Position numbers and translations under genes: made by a program
Source: Centroscyllium fabricii
Taxonomy: Eukaryota
Assembly (NCBI GenBank): GCA_051313645.2
Contig: JBNRSN020000295.1
Coordinates: 124,001 to 188,000 of the forward strand
Direction of reading: 5' to 3'
Length of the DNA: 64,000 nt
Part shown: piece after piece, positions 35,779-48,500 of the stretch
Numbering within the stretch: position 1 is the first letter of the stretch
Layout of the letters: each line of letters begins with the position of its first letter
The notes under the pieces: model-generated
The model's input: only the letters and a program-made list of their open reading frames with translations
Told to the model about the DNA's origin: nothing
The model's database searches: none

Positions 35779-36335
35779 AATGGCCACCTGAATACAACTG
35801 TGCTCCAGTAAGGAGTTAACCTGTTCAGGGGAAGAGGTAACACGGGGTAAAAAGAAACTTAAAACACAAGAAGCAAAGTTGCTCACTCGCTTTTGGATTG
35901 TCAATAACGCCCATTGGCTCATGCCCCTGTGCTCTCCGGGAGTTAAAGAATAAATTCACAAACACCTCTACGAGCAAACTGGGAGAAAAATCATTGGGAC
36001 ATTAAAGAAATTGTGTGTTTTGATTCTACAGACTCATCTCTTTCCCAATAGGTTGCAGGTGACTGGTGCAGAATTAAGGAGTTACACATGGGACCAGGGT
36101 AACTGGTAGACACACATCAACAGCTCCGGTTTCAAATTACAACAGCAACAAGTTGCATTTATCATAGAATCATAGAATCCCTACAGTGCAGATAGAGGCC
36201 ATTTCGGCCCATCGAGCCTGCACCGACACATATCCCACCCTATCCCCTTAACCCCACATATTTAATCCCCCAAACACTAAGGGTCAATTTATCCTGGCCA
36301 ATCAACCTAACCCGCACATCTTTGGACTATTTATA

Positions 36336-36971
36336 CAGGTTGAACTTCGTTGATCCGGCACCCGAAAAACCGGCAACTTCGAACGTCCGGCAATAATTTA
36401 CCCGACTGCCCTGCGCATGCGCAAAATGGCCACTGCGATCGATGCTTCGGTGAATGATCTGCGCATGCGCCGCCGAACGGCAAGCGCATGCGCAGATCAT
36501 TCACAACGGCCGAGCCGATCCCGAGCCGAGCCTGGCCGCTGCGAGCCTCCGTGAGCCTGGCCGCTGCGAGCCTCCGTGAACCTGGCCGCTGCGAGCCTCC
36601 GTCAGCCTGGCCGCTGCGAGCCTCCGTGAACCTGGCCGCTGCGAGCCTCCGTCAGCCTGGCCGCTGCGAGCCCCCGTGAGCCTGGCCGCTGCCAGCCTCC
36701 GTGAGCCTGGCCGCTGCGAGCCTCCCTGAGTCTGGCCGCTGCCAGCCTCCCTGAGCCTGGCTGCTGCCAGCCTCCCGAGCTTGGCTGCTGCGGGTCACCC
36801 TGAGCCTGGCCGCTGCAGGTCTCCCCGAACGATCAGCACATGCGCAGACCAGGCCGGCGGCCATTTTGAATGGTCTGCGCATGCGCTCGCCGAAACTTCA
36901 ATCGTTCGGGATTTTCACTTGTCCGGTACGGGCCTGGTCCCGCCCATGCCGGGTTAACGAACCTCAACCTG
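36336..36971. mobile_element. Tigger-like MITE with internal 25-bp tandem array (~36528-36820)
   Basis: TA|CAGGTTGA...TCAACCTG|TA; unit GAGCCTGGCCGCTGCGAGCCTCCGT. Confidence 0.85.
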
Positions 36972-37124
36972 TATAATGTCTTTTAACGTAGTAAAACGTC
37001 CCAGGCTGCTTCACAGGAGCGATTATCAAACAAAAATTGACACCGAGCCACATAAGGAGATAATAGGTCAGATGACCAAATGCTTGGTAAAAGAAGTGTC
37101 CTAAAGGAGGAAAGAGGTAGAGAG

Positions 37125-37564
37125 CAATGTTTCCTCTAAGCTGTGTGTGCAGAAATCCGAAAGGCCCTGTGTTACCAAATTAACGACCTCGCAGACGAGA
37201 TATTAAGAGGTGAAACAATCGGCTTTTATTAGCTAAAGGTGGACATGCACCAGCTAGTCGACCGTCCCCAGGAATGGCTGGGGGAAGGGAGACCGGCCGC
37301 TTATCTACCTGGTCCTGGGAGGGAGATGTCACAGGCGGGGCCAGCATGGGCATGTCCAGGTAACAATATACAGTGAACTACTATACAACATGGTTACAGG
37401 TGATTACAGTGATATATACATATATATAATACAGAGTGGTTTACCACACCCTGCACAGGCCGCTCACCAGCTTTTACATTGTAAATAACCCCCGTGCACA
37501 GCAATTGAAAGGGACTGAAAGAAACAGGCCGCGCAGAGCAAAGTGCAGCTTGCAGGGAACACTG
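37125..37564. mobile_element. hAT MITE inserted in an L2-like fragment
   Basis: TIR CAATGTTTCCTCTAAGCTG / CAGCTTGCAGGGAACACTG; 8-bp TSD GTAGAGAG. Confidence 0.8.
37170..37448 (-). mobile_element. Solo LTR nested in the hAT MITE
   Basis: TG...CA ends, 5-bp TSD CCCTG; the minus strand begins TGTGGTAAACC like the LTR at 3736. Confidence 0.82.
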
Positions 37565-37714
37565 GTAGAGAGGCGGAGAGGTTTAGGGAGGGAATTCCAG
37601 AGCTTAGGGCCCAGGCAGCTGAAGGCTCCAGACAGACGCGACCGCCGGACAAGTTAATAATGAACTGCTCTGTCCATTCACCCCGCCAGACTTAAATTTT
37701 CAAGAAGGGGTGAA

Positions 37715-38001
37715 TGTGGTAACCGTATATGTATAAATTACCACCGTAATATTGGTGCCAATATTACTAGTGTGCATAGCGGTCGGGTGCATGAGATGTT
37801 GCGACACTGTCGTGGGGCCAGGTCAGCCACACCTCTAACTCCTCCCCCAGGTGAGGCCCTTTATAGGTGAGGACTGACCGGACCCCGTCCATTCTGTACC
37901 TGTTGTTCGTTCGGAGTATAGCTCCTATGTAAGTCAATAAAAGCCTGTAGTTAAGGTCACTACTCGTCTTTGGCTTTATTGAGTTAATTGACGATACGTC
38001 A
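37715..38001 (+). mobile_element. LTR of the 3226 family
   Basis: TGTGGTAACC...GACGATACGTCA and shared AATAAAAGCCTGTAGTTAAGG; no matching TSD. Confidence 0.75.
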
Positions 38002-38094
38002 TGGATGGAAGTGCACACCCGATAGCATCCTCACCCTTACGCTGTGCAGGAGGGGTCTTCTGCCTCCACGTTTTATCCAGTTACTGCCACAATA

Positions 38095-38345
38095 ATCAGT
38101 GGAGGAGAAGCATCCGGGAAGACGCCGAACACCTCAAGTCTGTTCGTCGGGAGCAAGCGGAAGCCAAGCGCAGGCAGCGCAAGGAGCGCAACGTCAACCC
38201 AAGCACCCCACCCACCAGCCCCCTTCAACCACCGTCTGCCCCACCTGTGACAGAGACTAGGTCCCGCATTGGACTCATCCGTCACCTGAGAACTCATTTT
38301 AATGTGGAAGCAAGTCATCCTCGGTTCCGAGGGACTGCCTAAGAA
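38095..38345 (+). mobile_element. RTE LINE 3' end fragment
   Basis: Homologous to 24630-24840. Confidence 0.75.
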
Positions 38346-38835
38346 GAAGAGAGTGAATGTGAGTGGAAACTAATGTGGTTTCAGTGTCACAAAGATCCAA
38401 GCATTTTTTTTTTGATCTCCGACAATTTGCATAACTAACATTCCCTTTCAAATACATAATGAGCTGCAAGGCTGGCGCGGTAAAAAGCAGTTTTTTAAAA
38501 ACTCGGCTCATAGTTTGTAAAGGAAGACGGTAATTAGGCAGTTTTTCACACTGTTCTGTCGACGCTGCCTTCCTCCAACACTGGCCTCTTGTGGATCCCC
38601 ATCGCCTCACGATTGGCGGCCGTGCCTTCAGCTGCCTAGGTCCGAAGCTCTGGAATTCCCCCCCCTCCCTCTCCTCCTTTAAGACGCTCCTAAAAACCGA
38701 CCTCTTGGGCGAAGCTTTCGGTCACCTGTCCCAATAGCTCCTTATGTGGCTCGGAGTCAAATGTAGTTTCATAATCGCTCCTGTGAAGCACCTCAGGATG
38801 TTTGACTCCATTAAAGGGACTATATAAATGCAAGT

Positions 38836-40275
38836 TCATAGAATCATAGAATCATAGAAACTTTACAGTGCGGATAAAGGCCATTCGGCCCATCCAGTCC
38901 GCACCGGCCCAGGAAACTCCTCACTATACTAACCCCATTTGCCCGCATCTGGCCCATAACCCTGTATGTTACGGTCCTTCATGTGCTGGTCCAAATATTT
39001 TTTAAATGTTGCGATGGTTTCTGCCTCCACCACCCTTACAGGCAGGGAGTTCCACACTTCCACCACCCTCTGAGTAAAGAAATTTCTCCTCACCTCCCCC
39101 CTAAACCTCCCCCCCCTAATCTTGAATCTATGTCCCCTGGTACTTGACTCTCCCACCAAGGGAAACAATGCCCCTTTATCCACCTTATCGTGTCCTCTCA
39201 TGATCCTGTATACCTCGATCATGTCACCCCTCAATCTTCTCTTCTCCAAGGCAAACAACCCCAGCCTGTCCAGCCTTTCCTCGTAGCATAAGTCCCCCAG
39301 ACCAGGTATCATCCTGGTAAACCTTCTCTGCACCCTCTCCAGGGCAACCACATCCTTCCTGAAGTGCGGTGACCAGAACTGCACACAGTACTCCAGCTGA
39401 GGTCTCACCAGCGTGTTATACAAGTTTAACATTACCTCCCTACTTTTGTACACTATGCCCTGGTTAATAAAGGCCAGAATTCCGTATGCCTTCTTAACCA
39501 CCTTGTTTACGTGTCCAGTAACCTTCAGGGAGCTGTGCACCTGTACCCCAAGGTCCCTCTGTTCCTCGGTCCTACCTAACGTTTTTTTGTTCATGGTATA
39601 TTCCCTTACCCCATTTGGTCTGCCGAATTGTATGACCTCGCATTTCTCTGGGTTGAACTCCATTTGCCATTTTTCTGCCCAACTAACCATTACATTTATA
39701 TCTTCCTGGAGCCTTTTACTATCTTCATCGTTATTTACCACCCTTCCAATTTTCGTATCATCAGCAAATTTGCTGATCGTACCCCCTACTCCCGTGTCCA
39801 AATCATTAATGTATACTAGAAACAGTAAGGGTCCCAAAACCGATCCTTGGGGGACACTGCTGGTTACTGGTTTCCAGTCACAGAAGCAGCCCTCTACCAT
39901 TACCCTTTGTCTCCTGTCCCCCAGCCAATTTTGAATCCACTGTGCCACGTTGCCCTGTATCCCATGTGCTTTTACCTTTGTTATCAGTCTCCTATGTGGG
40001 ACTTTATCAAAAGCCTTGCTGAAGTCCATATACACCACGTCGACCGTACTCCCTTCATCCACCCTTTTTGTTACCTCTTCGAAGAATTCCAAGAGATTAG
40101 TTAGGCACGACTTACCTTTGACGAAGCCATGTTGACTATCTCTTATCAGACCCTGCCTTTCCAAATGCAGACTGATTTTGTCCCTCAGAATTTTTTCCAT
40201 TACTTTCCCCACTACAGATGTAAGACTGATTGGCCTATAGTTACCCGGTTTGTCCCTACTACCCTTTTTAAGGGT
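38836..40275 (-). mobile_element. 5'-truncated CR1 LINE with uninterrupted RT (ORF 38929-40371)
   Basis: [28 protein letters not shown] and FADD motifs; (TTCTATGA)n tail. Confidence 0.95.
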
Positions 40276-41224
40276 TGTTGCTTTCTGTATCACAGCTTTG
40301 CTCGGCATTAATGCACTCCGGTAATTGACTCTATTTTGGGCCAATGAGATGAGAATTGACCACAGCGACAAATATCTCTACAAATACCTTCCTTCTCCTC
40401 CAGGTGGAGGGTGTCTCGAACAACACTGGCCAAATCAACTGAAAGGGCACATGAGTATTATACAGTGATTTCAATCTCATTGTTGCTGAGATAACTAATG
40501 ACCTAGGAATTCACTAGATTGATTCCTGGGATGAGAGGGTTGTCCTATGAGGAGAGATTGAGTAGATTGGGCCGAGACTCTCTGATGAAGGAGCAACACT
40601 CCGAACGCTTGTACTTTCAAATATTCCATTGTTGTGCGCATGCGCACGGCCATTTTGAATGGTGCGCGCATCGCACTGGCCGGCTTCATTCTGCCGGTTT
40701 TTTTGCTCTACCGGCCTGGGCCTATTCCTGCCCGGGCCTATTCCTGCCCGGGCCTATTCCTGCCCGGGCCGGTATAACGATGCTCAACCTGTACTGTAAA
40801 GCTCTCACCTCGGGGATTAATCTTGAGGCGGCGGGAAGTTTCAATCGCGGCCACCTCTACAGATTATCACTGACCGCTGTGTGCGGTGGGAAAGTGCTGG
40901 AGGGATACAGAACGGGTGGCCGCTGGCCGCGTTGGACAGGTGGCTGTTCTGTACAGGGCTTACTACACTGTTTTTCTCTCGGGTGGGAATCCGATGTGGC
41001 CGCTATGAACAGGTGGCCGTTCTGTGGAGGTGGCCGCTAACGCAGGTTTGACTGTATATTCAAGTCAAGATCATTGATGTATACCACAAAAAGCAAGGGA
41101 CCTAGTACTGAGCCCTGCGGAACCCCACTGCAAACAGCCTTCCAGTCACAAAAACACCCAGCAACCATTACCCTCTGCTTCCTGTCTCCAAGCCAGCTTT
41201 GAATCCAACTTGAGGCAGTTATAA

Positions 41225-41660
41225 ATAACAACAGAAAATGCTGGAAAAACTCAGCAGGACAGGCAACATCCGTAGAGAGAAATATAGAGTTGACGTTTTG
41301 GGTTCGGACCCTTTGTCAAGACTAAAGCCAGGAAATGAAACTGAGAGGAAGGCAATGAACAGAAAACAAAAGAGAAGAGAGACCAAAGAGAAAAGACGTT
41401 ACGAGGTATTCAATGCTGATGGGGCTGTGGACAGGAGACAGCTGTAGATTAGGTGTGAAAAGCACCAGCAAAATGGGAGGGGGCTGCTACGAGAGAGAAA
41501 AAAAACCCAAAAAGGCCAAATGAAAGGTGTGGATAAAAATAGATAAAAATATAATGGGGGCCGAAGTTATGATCTGAAATTGTTGAACTCGATATTGAGT
41601 CCGGAGGGCTGTAAAGTGCCTAATTATTTTGGATTTCCAGCATCTGCAGTATTTTTCTAT
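41225..41660. mobile_element. Penelope-like fragment
   Basis: Minus-strand LGTLQPSGLNIEFNNFR (PLE C-terminus) and a terminus similar to 22644. Confidence 0.65.
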
Positions 41661-42561
41661 CGTTGATGTAGTTATAAATAGTGTGATTTAATCACAGTAG
41701 CTTACTTACTATTGTATATTAAAAATTGTGGTTGGCTGTTTCCCCCAAAGATAGTCTGTTCAGTTGTGCAATTATTTTAAAAGCTTCAAAGGTCGCTTGG
41801 CCCCAAGTGGATTAATCCTGCAAGAACAGTTTTTCTACCTCAAGTTCTGTTTGTAGTGTTTCAGCTGTGTGTTTTCATGTACAATAGACCAGATTGCCTT
41901 GGAGAGAGAGAGTCTTTGAGCACATGCTTGTAATTATTTTCATCACAACTTATACTAGAGTAGCTTAAATAAAAAACAAATACAGGGTACTGGAAATACG
42001 CAATTGGTCTATCATCTGAATAATATTTTGGGTGGAGACCATTAGTTTATCTTGAATGACATGTTTTCTTGTGAATAGCCTCTGTTCTCATTCAGCAAAC
42101 GTTGGTCGAGTTTCTGCTAGTCAGAAATGTGGAATTTGATACCTTAGACTCAATTGACAGGAGCCAAAGGAAATATCTGCGAAACCTGCACTTCTTGCAG
42201 GTGCATGGAGTAAATCTGAGCAATTCTCAGTAGGAACTTTCAATATGATTTGATTTGATTTGATTTGATCTTTATTTATCTCGAACATATTAAACATAAA
42301 AACCAAAAAGTGGTAGTAACATAATATTTCCATATTCATGAATCAAAAACAGTCAAATAAATAAACCACACAAAGATAAGTTCGAGAAGGAGCAGAAAGA
42401 AGCAATGCTTATCTGGTCCTGCCCCTTCCTTACAATGTCATATTACAATATAAAAAATAAATTCTTTCTAAAAAATAAATTCTTTCTCAATACCTAAATA
42501 TAAAATAAATAAAAAACAACAAAACAATAACAAAAACAAAATATGTGAGTACTTCTCTTGA

Positions 42562-45498
42562 TCATTTTACTTCAAGCTCCTCTCTCATGTACTTGTCCAT
42601 AAATGATTGTTTATAACTGTATTTAAATTTCTTTATATTATTACTCATTTTCATTGTCACATCAAGGCCGTTCCAAAGGGATACCCCACAAACTGAGATG
42701 CACATGCTTTTTTGGGTCGTACAGACCATAGGATGTTTTAAATTAAAATGCCCTCTTAAATTATAACCCCCATCTCTGCTCGAGAACATTTTTTGAATGT
42801 TTCCTGGCACTGTGTTATTTATTACTTTAAACATAATTTGCCCAGTTTTAAATTTAACCAAGTCCATGAATTTCAAGGTTTGAGTCTTTAAAAACAAACA
42901 ATTAGTATGATCTCGATAACCAGCATGATGTACTATTCTTATAGCTCTTTTCTGCAATGTGCATATCTTTTGTAGATTGCTTTTATAAGAATTTCCCCAA
43001 ACTTCAACACAATATGACAGATAAGGTACAATAAGTGTGCAGTACAGAGTATATAGAGTTTTCTGGTTCAAAATGTGTCTTGTTTTACCCAATATTCCAG
43101 TGCTTCTGGCTATCTTTGAGCACAGGTATTTTATGTGAGGTTTCCAGCAGAGTTTGTGGTCTATTAAGACACCCAAGAACTTGATTTCATATACTCTTTC
43201 AATTTTTACATTTTCAATTTCCAAGTAAAATTCAGTGTTTATTTTACGATTTCCAAATAGCATCACTTTGGTTTTATTCAAATTTAATGATAGCTTATTT
43301 GTGTCGAACCAACATTTTAATTTGTACAGTTCTTTCTTGGCCACCTCTAAAAGCTGCTGCAGGTCATCCCCAGAACACAAAATATTTGTGTCGTCCGCAA
43401 AGACAACGAATTTTAATATGTCAGACACTTTACAGATATCATTGATGTATAATATGAACAGTTTGGGTCCCAAAACTGACCCTTGTGGGACACCACAGAT
43501 AATATTCGAGTACCTTGACTTGTGTTGTCCTATCTGGACAAATTGCTGTCGATTACTAATATAGCTTTTCAGCCAATCAAGAGCCACCCCTCTGACACCA
43601 TACCTGTCCATCTTTTTAAATAATATCTCATGATCTATTGTGTCAAAAGCTTTCTTTAAATCAATGAATATTCCCAGTGTGTGTTTCTTTCTCTCTGTAC
43701 ATTTAGTTATTTCTTCTACTAGCTCCATTAATGCCATGGAAGTAGATCTGGCTGATCTAAAACCATACTGACTATCCATTAGAAGTTTTTGTTTTTCAAT
43801 GAAATTTCCCAGTCTTTCATCATATAATTTTTCAAGTATCTTTGAGAACTGTGATAACAAGGATACAGGTCTGTAATTGGTGAAGAGATGTTTGTCACCA
43901 GTTTTAAACAGAGGAATAACTTTTGCAGTTTTCATTTTTTGTGGGAATGTACCCATTTTGAATGACAAATTGCATATGTGAGTTAGCGGATCCACAATTC
44001 CATCAATTATTTTCTTTACCAGATACATATCAATATCATCCCCATCATTGGAAGTTTTATTCATACATTTGTTTACCATATCAATAATTTCCTTTTTTTC
44101 TACAGTTCCCAAAGATATTGAGTCTGTGATTCTCTCTCCACAGTCCTCCTCAGTAGATCTCTTCCCAGTATCACAAATTTCTTTAGCTAGCTCTGGCCCC
44201 ACATCAACAAAAAATGTATTAAATCCATCCACAACCTCATTCATAAGTGTAATTTTCCTGTCCTTGTCTGTAAAATGTTCTGGGTAAGTTAGGTCAGCTT
44301 TTCCGGTTCTAATAATACTATTTAATACGTTCCATATTCCTTTAACATTATTTTTATTTTTATCTAATAATCTGGTATAATAATCCTTCTTACATATCCT
44401 CATAATACTAATTAGTTTATTTTTATATTTCTTATATTTAAGCTCTGCCTCTTTTGTTTTATATTTTATAAATAGCCTGTATAGAGTATTCTTTTTTTTG
44501 CAAGCATTTTGTATACCCTTGGACATCCACGGATTTTCTGAATACTTGTTCTTATTGCTACACTGATTTAGTGGGCAGTTTTTGTCATATAGAACTTTAA
44601 ATGTTTCTAGAAATAGCCCATAAGCTTTGTCAACATCTGATTCTTCACATACACTCTTCCAATTCCATTTTAATAACTCATTTCTAAAAGCAGATATAGT
44701 TTCCTCAGTTCTTATTCTCTTGTATTTTATTTCCTTTAACTCCCTCCTCTTCCTATAATTACCTTCATAAATTGAAAAAACTGAAAAAACAGGCAGGTGA
44801 TCGCTAATGTCATTCAATAATAATCCACATATCATGTTGCTTTCCATATTGTTTGTGAATATGTTATCGATTAGGGAGGCACAGTCAGATGTTATTCTGC
44901 TAGGTTTTGTAATTGCTGGAAAAAGGCTCATACTGTACATTGCTTCAATGAATTCATCCGTTTTTTTATGATTGTTTGGATTCAACAAGTCAATGTTAAA
45001 ATCCCCACAAACGTATTTAACCTTTTGCTCTGCTGTGGTGAACAATCTTTCCATATAGACCATGAATGTATTAATGTTGGATCCTGGCTTCCTATACACA
45101 CAGCTGACAATTACATTTTTCATTCTTTCCATACTTATCTCAATAGTAATACATTCCATCACTTCATCAATAACTAATGACATGTTATCAACAACCTTAT
45201 GTGAGAAACCTTCGTCCACAAACAGAGCCACACCACCACCCTTTCCACTCCGTCTACTGATACAATGATAATCATATCCCTGTAGAACAAAATCTGAACC
45301 CCTCTCTGCATCGATCCATGTCTCTGAAACAGCTATGATATTAAAGGTTTTTTTAAATTGTGCTAAATAATCTTTTATATTCTGGAAGTTTGCATACAAG
45401 CTTCTACTGTTAAAATGAATTATCGATATACCATGCTCATATTTAATAGTCGAATTAAACTGTTGCTCTGTGTAATAACAGCAGTTGGTGTTGATATT
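42562..45498 (-). CDS. LINE ORF2 (AP endonuclease plus RT), main part; the first 16 codons lie at 50358-50311
   Basis: [49 protein letters not shown]. The rejoined N-terminus reads MLDFEQDIDPDHNLLD-NINTNCCYY. Confidence 0.93.
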   Translation of the reverse strand, partial: NINTNCCYYTEQQFNSTIKYEHGISIIHFNSRSLYANFQNIKDYLAQFKKTFNIIAVSETWIDAERGSDFVLQGYDYHCISRRSGKGGGVALFVDEGFSHKVVDNMSLVIDEVMECITIEISMERMKNVIVSCVYRKPGSNINTFMVYMERLFTTAEQKVKYVCGDFNIDLLNPNNHKKTDEFIEAMYSMSLFPAITKPSRITSDCASLIDNIFTNNMESNMICGLLLNDISDHLPVFSVFSIYEGNYRKRRELKEIKYKRIRTEETISAFRNELLKWNWKSVCEESDVDKAYGLFLETFKVLYDKNCPLNQCSNKNKYSENPWMSKGIQNACKKKNTLYRLFIKYKTKEAELKYKKYKNKLISIMRICKKDYYTRLLDKNKNNVKGIWNVLNSIIRTGKADLTYPEHFTDKDRKITLMNEVVDGFNTFFVDVGPELAKEICDTGKRSTEEDCGERITDSISLGTVEKKEIIDMVNKCMNKTSNDGDDIDMYLVKKIIDGIVDPLTHICNLSFKMGTFPQKMKTAKVIPLFKTGDKHLFTNYRPVSLLSQFSKILEKLYDERLGNFIEKQKLLMDSQYGFRSARSTSMALMELVEEITKCTERKKHTLGIFIDLKKAFDTIDHEILFKKMDRYGVRGVALDWLKSYISNRQQFVQIGQHKSRYSNIICGVPQGSVLGPKLFILYINDICKVSDILKFVVFADDTNILCSGDDLQQLLEVAKKELYKLKCWFDTNKLSLNLNKTKVMLFGNRKINTEFYLEIENVKIERVYEIKFLGVLIDHKLCWKPHIKYLCSKIARSTGILGKTRHILNQKTLYTLYCTLIVPYLSYCVEVWGNSYKSNLQKICTLQKRAIRIVHHAGYRDHTNCLFLKTQTLKFMDLVKFKTGQIMFKVINNTVPGNIQKMFSSRDGGYNLRGHFNLKHPMVCTTQKSMCISVCGVSLWNGLDVTMKMSNNIKKFKYSYKQSFMDKYMREELEVK

Positions 45499-45502
45499 AT
45501 CT

Positions 45503-48500
45503 TGTGGCGACACGCCCACCGGCAGCCACGAACCCGCGCTGGGAAGGCTGCAAAGCGGCCCCGCCCGTCGGAGGACGCACGGACTTCCCCGACGTGATGA
45601 CGTCACCAGGTGGCCAGCCGGCAGTGACGTCCCCAGCGGCGGGACCTTTAAATACCTGAGCACCAGGTGGCTCAGTCTCTTTTTCCCTCTCTGGCCCTAG
45701 CTGTAACAAGTAGTTAATAAAAACTCTGCTTTTAACCCCTCTGTGTCCAGCGTGGTCCTTCAGCCTTGCAGACCTCAACACTGGTGACCCCGATACCTGA
45801 GACGTTTCTCAGGTGAACAATGAAGCAGCCACTGCAGGACTGAGGGCCAAGCTGCCGCAGCCGAATCGCTACCACCATGCCAGCAGCAAACGACTCAGCA
45901 CGCCAAGGCAGACGGGGCCAAGTTTACCTCCCGGTCCCAACCATACCACAATTCTGGGAGCTCCGTCCAGCGGCTTGGTTTCGCAACACCGAGAACACCT
46001 TCCGCATCCATGGCGTGCACGCAGACGACCGCTACAGCCTGCTCTTCGCAGCCCTCGCACAGTCCACCATCGACAGAATGTGGGACACCATCGAGGAAGA
46101 CACTTCTGCTGGCAGGTACGAATCGCTAAAGGCCGCGCTGCTCGCAAAATTTACCCCAACCATTTTCGAGCGCGATTGCCAGGTCATTAACCTCCCCGAC
46201 CTGGGAGATGCAGACCCCACCGACTTGTGGGCCCAGTTCGAGGCGCTCAATCGCGACTCAGACACCCTTAAGCGCGCCCTCTACCTCCTTAAGCTGCCGC
46301 CCTCCATCAGACCGACACTGACGGTCTTGGAGCACCTCTCAAACAGGCAGCTAGCTCAGGAGGCAGACAAGCTCATTAAGGCCGAGCGCACCCACGCCAC
46401 CATGCACCGCCACGCTGCCGCTCAACAAGAGCAGCACCAACCACAACCCCGGCCCCAACTCAGAGCCGCGCGGACCCACAAAAAGCCACGCACCGCGGCA
46501 ACCGGCTGGTGCTACTACCATACCAGGTTTGAGGCCAAAGCGCAGCGCTGCGTTCCGCCCTGCAACTTCAAACCCCAAACCTGCCCCAGCCCCACCCTGT
46601 GCGTCGGCCGCTCCGGAGCGCTGCTCTTCGTTACAGACAGTGTCTCAGGCCTCCGTTTCCTCTGCGACACAGGCGCGCAGCACAGCATCGTGCCAGCCTC
46701 CCCCGCAGAATCCAAGCAGGGCACCCAAGGCCCACCACTCGAAGCCGCAAACGGCTCCGAGATACTCACGTTCGGTACCCGCCAGCTTACCATTAAACTA
46801 GCAGGCCACAGGTATACGTGGGACTTCATCACCGCGCAGGTTAACACGCCCCTACTCGGAGCCGACTTTCTGTGCGCCCACGGGCTCCTTGTCGATGTTA
46901 CCCGGCGCCGCCTGGTCGACATCCAAATCATGTCGACCATTCCGTGCTCCACAGCCCCAGCACACCAGACCCACGCGGCAGCTCACTGCCGGGCCCGCAA
47001 CTCCGACACGTACGCCACGCTGCTCGCCGAGTTCCCCACCCTAACCAACCCCACCTTCACAGCCCGCTCCGCCAAGCACGGCGTAGAGCACCACATCACC
47101 ACCACAGGCCCCCCGGTCCACGCCCACGCACGCAGGCTGGACCCGGCCAAGCTAGAGATCGCTCGAGCCGAGTTCCACATCATGGAACAGCTCGGCATCA
47201 TCCGCCGCTCCAGCAGCCCCTGGGCCTCCCCCCTCCACATTGCCCCCAAACCCGATGGCGGCTGGCGCCCCTGCGGAGACTACCGCCGCCTCAACAACGC
47301 CACCACCCCGGATAGGTACCCAGTCCCCCACATCCAGGATTTTTCCGTGAGGCTAGCCGGCTGCACGGTCTTTTCAAAGATCGACCTGGTACGGGGCTAC
47401 CACCAAGTTCCAGTGCACCCGGCGGATGTCCCTAAGACAGCCGTCATCACCCCATTCGGCCTATTCGAATTTCTCCGGATGCCCTTCGGACTCAAAAACG
47501 CGGCCCAGGCTTTCCAGCGCCTCATGGACTCAGTCCTCCGGGACCTCCAGTTCACATTCGTCTATCTCGACGACATCCTGGTGGCCAGCGCCTCCCCCCG
47601 GGAACACCTCATCCACCTCAGAACCCTTTTTAAACGCCTGGCCGACCACGGCCTCATATTAAGCCCCTCCAAGTGCCGATTCGGCCTCGAGGCTATTGAC
47701 TTCCTCGGCCACCACATCTCCCACACCGGGGCCATACCCCTGCCCTCCAAGGTGCAGGCGGTCCAGGAATTCCCCCGCCCGCACTCCATCAAGGGGCTGC
47801 AGGAATTCCTTGGAATGGTTAATTTTTACAACCGTTTCATCCCCGGCGCAGCCGCCCTCATGGCCCCCCTCTACCAGGCCACCCACGGGCAATCCAACAA
47901 GACCGCGGTCGAGTGGACGGCCGAAGCCGCCACCGCTTTCACCGCAACCAAAACGGCCCTTGCCAAAGCCACCCTCCTCAGCCACCCCAGGCCCAACGCC
48001 AGAGTAGCCCTCACCACCGACGCCTCCGACCACGCTGTCGGAGCAGTCTTCGAGCAGTGGTCGGGCGACTCATGGCAACCACTGGCCTTTTTCAGCCGCC
48101 GCCTCCGGCCCCCAGAGGTCAAGTACAGCGCCTTCGATAGGGAGCTACTCGCTCTCTACCTCGCAGTGCGCCACTTCCGCTTCCTTTTAGAGGGCCGCCA
48201 CTTTACAGCGTTTGTGGACCACAAACCATTAGTCTCCGCAATGGCTAAGCTCTCCGAACCCTGGTCGGCCAGGCAGCAGCGCCAGCTCGCGGCCGTGTCC
48301 GAGTTCACGACCGACATCCAGCACATTGCCGGCCGCGACAACGTGGTCGCCGACTGCCTCTCACGACCCGCCATTCACAAGCCCAACCCCGACCACCCCG
48401 CGGGCCCCGCCATCAGCAGCGCAGGCACAACCGGCACCCAAACCGCCGACCACCCCCCAACCCCAGCCACCAACCGCGCCTGCGCACACTGCTGCGCATT

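Noticed and set aside
34800-40460. Plus-strand exons of a divergent gene (acceptor-like sites near 34819, 36051 and 40402)
   Set aside because: No recognisable coding frame or consistent donor sites; not supportable without RNA data.
45499-45663. N-terminus MLRYLKVPP... of the 1033-aa ORF
   Set aside because: Antisense read-through of the Gypsy LTR; the true ORF2 start is at 50358.
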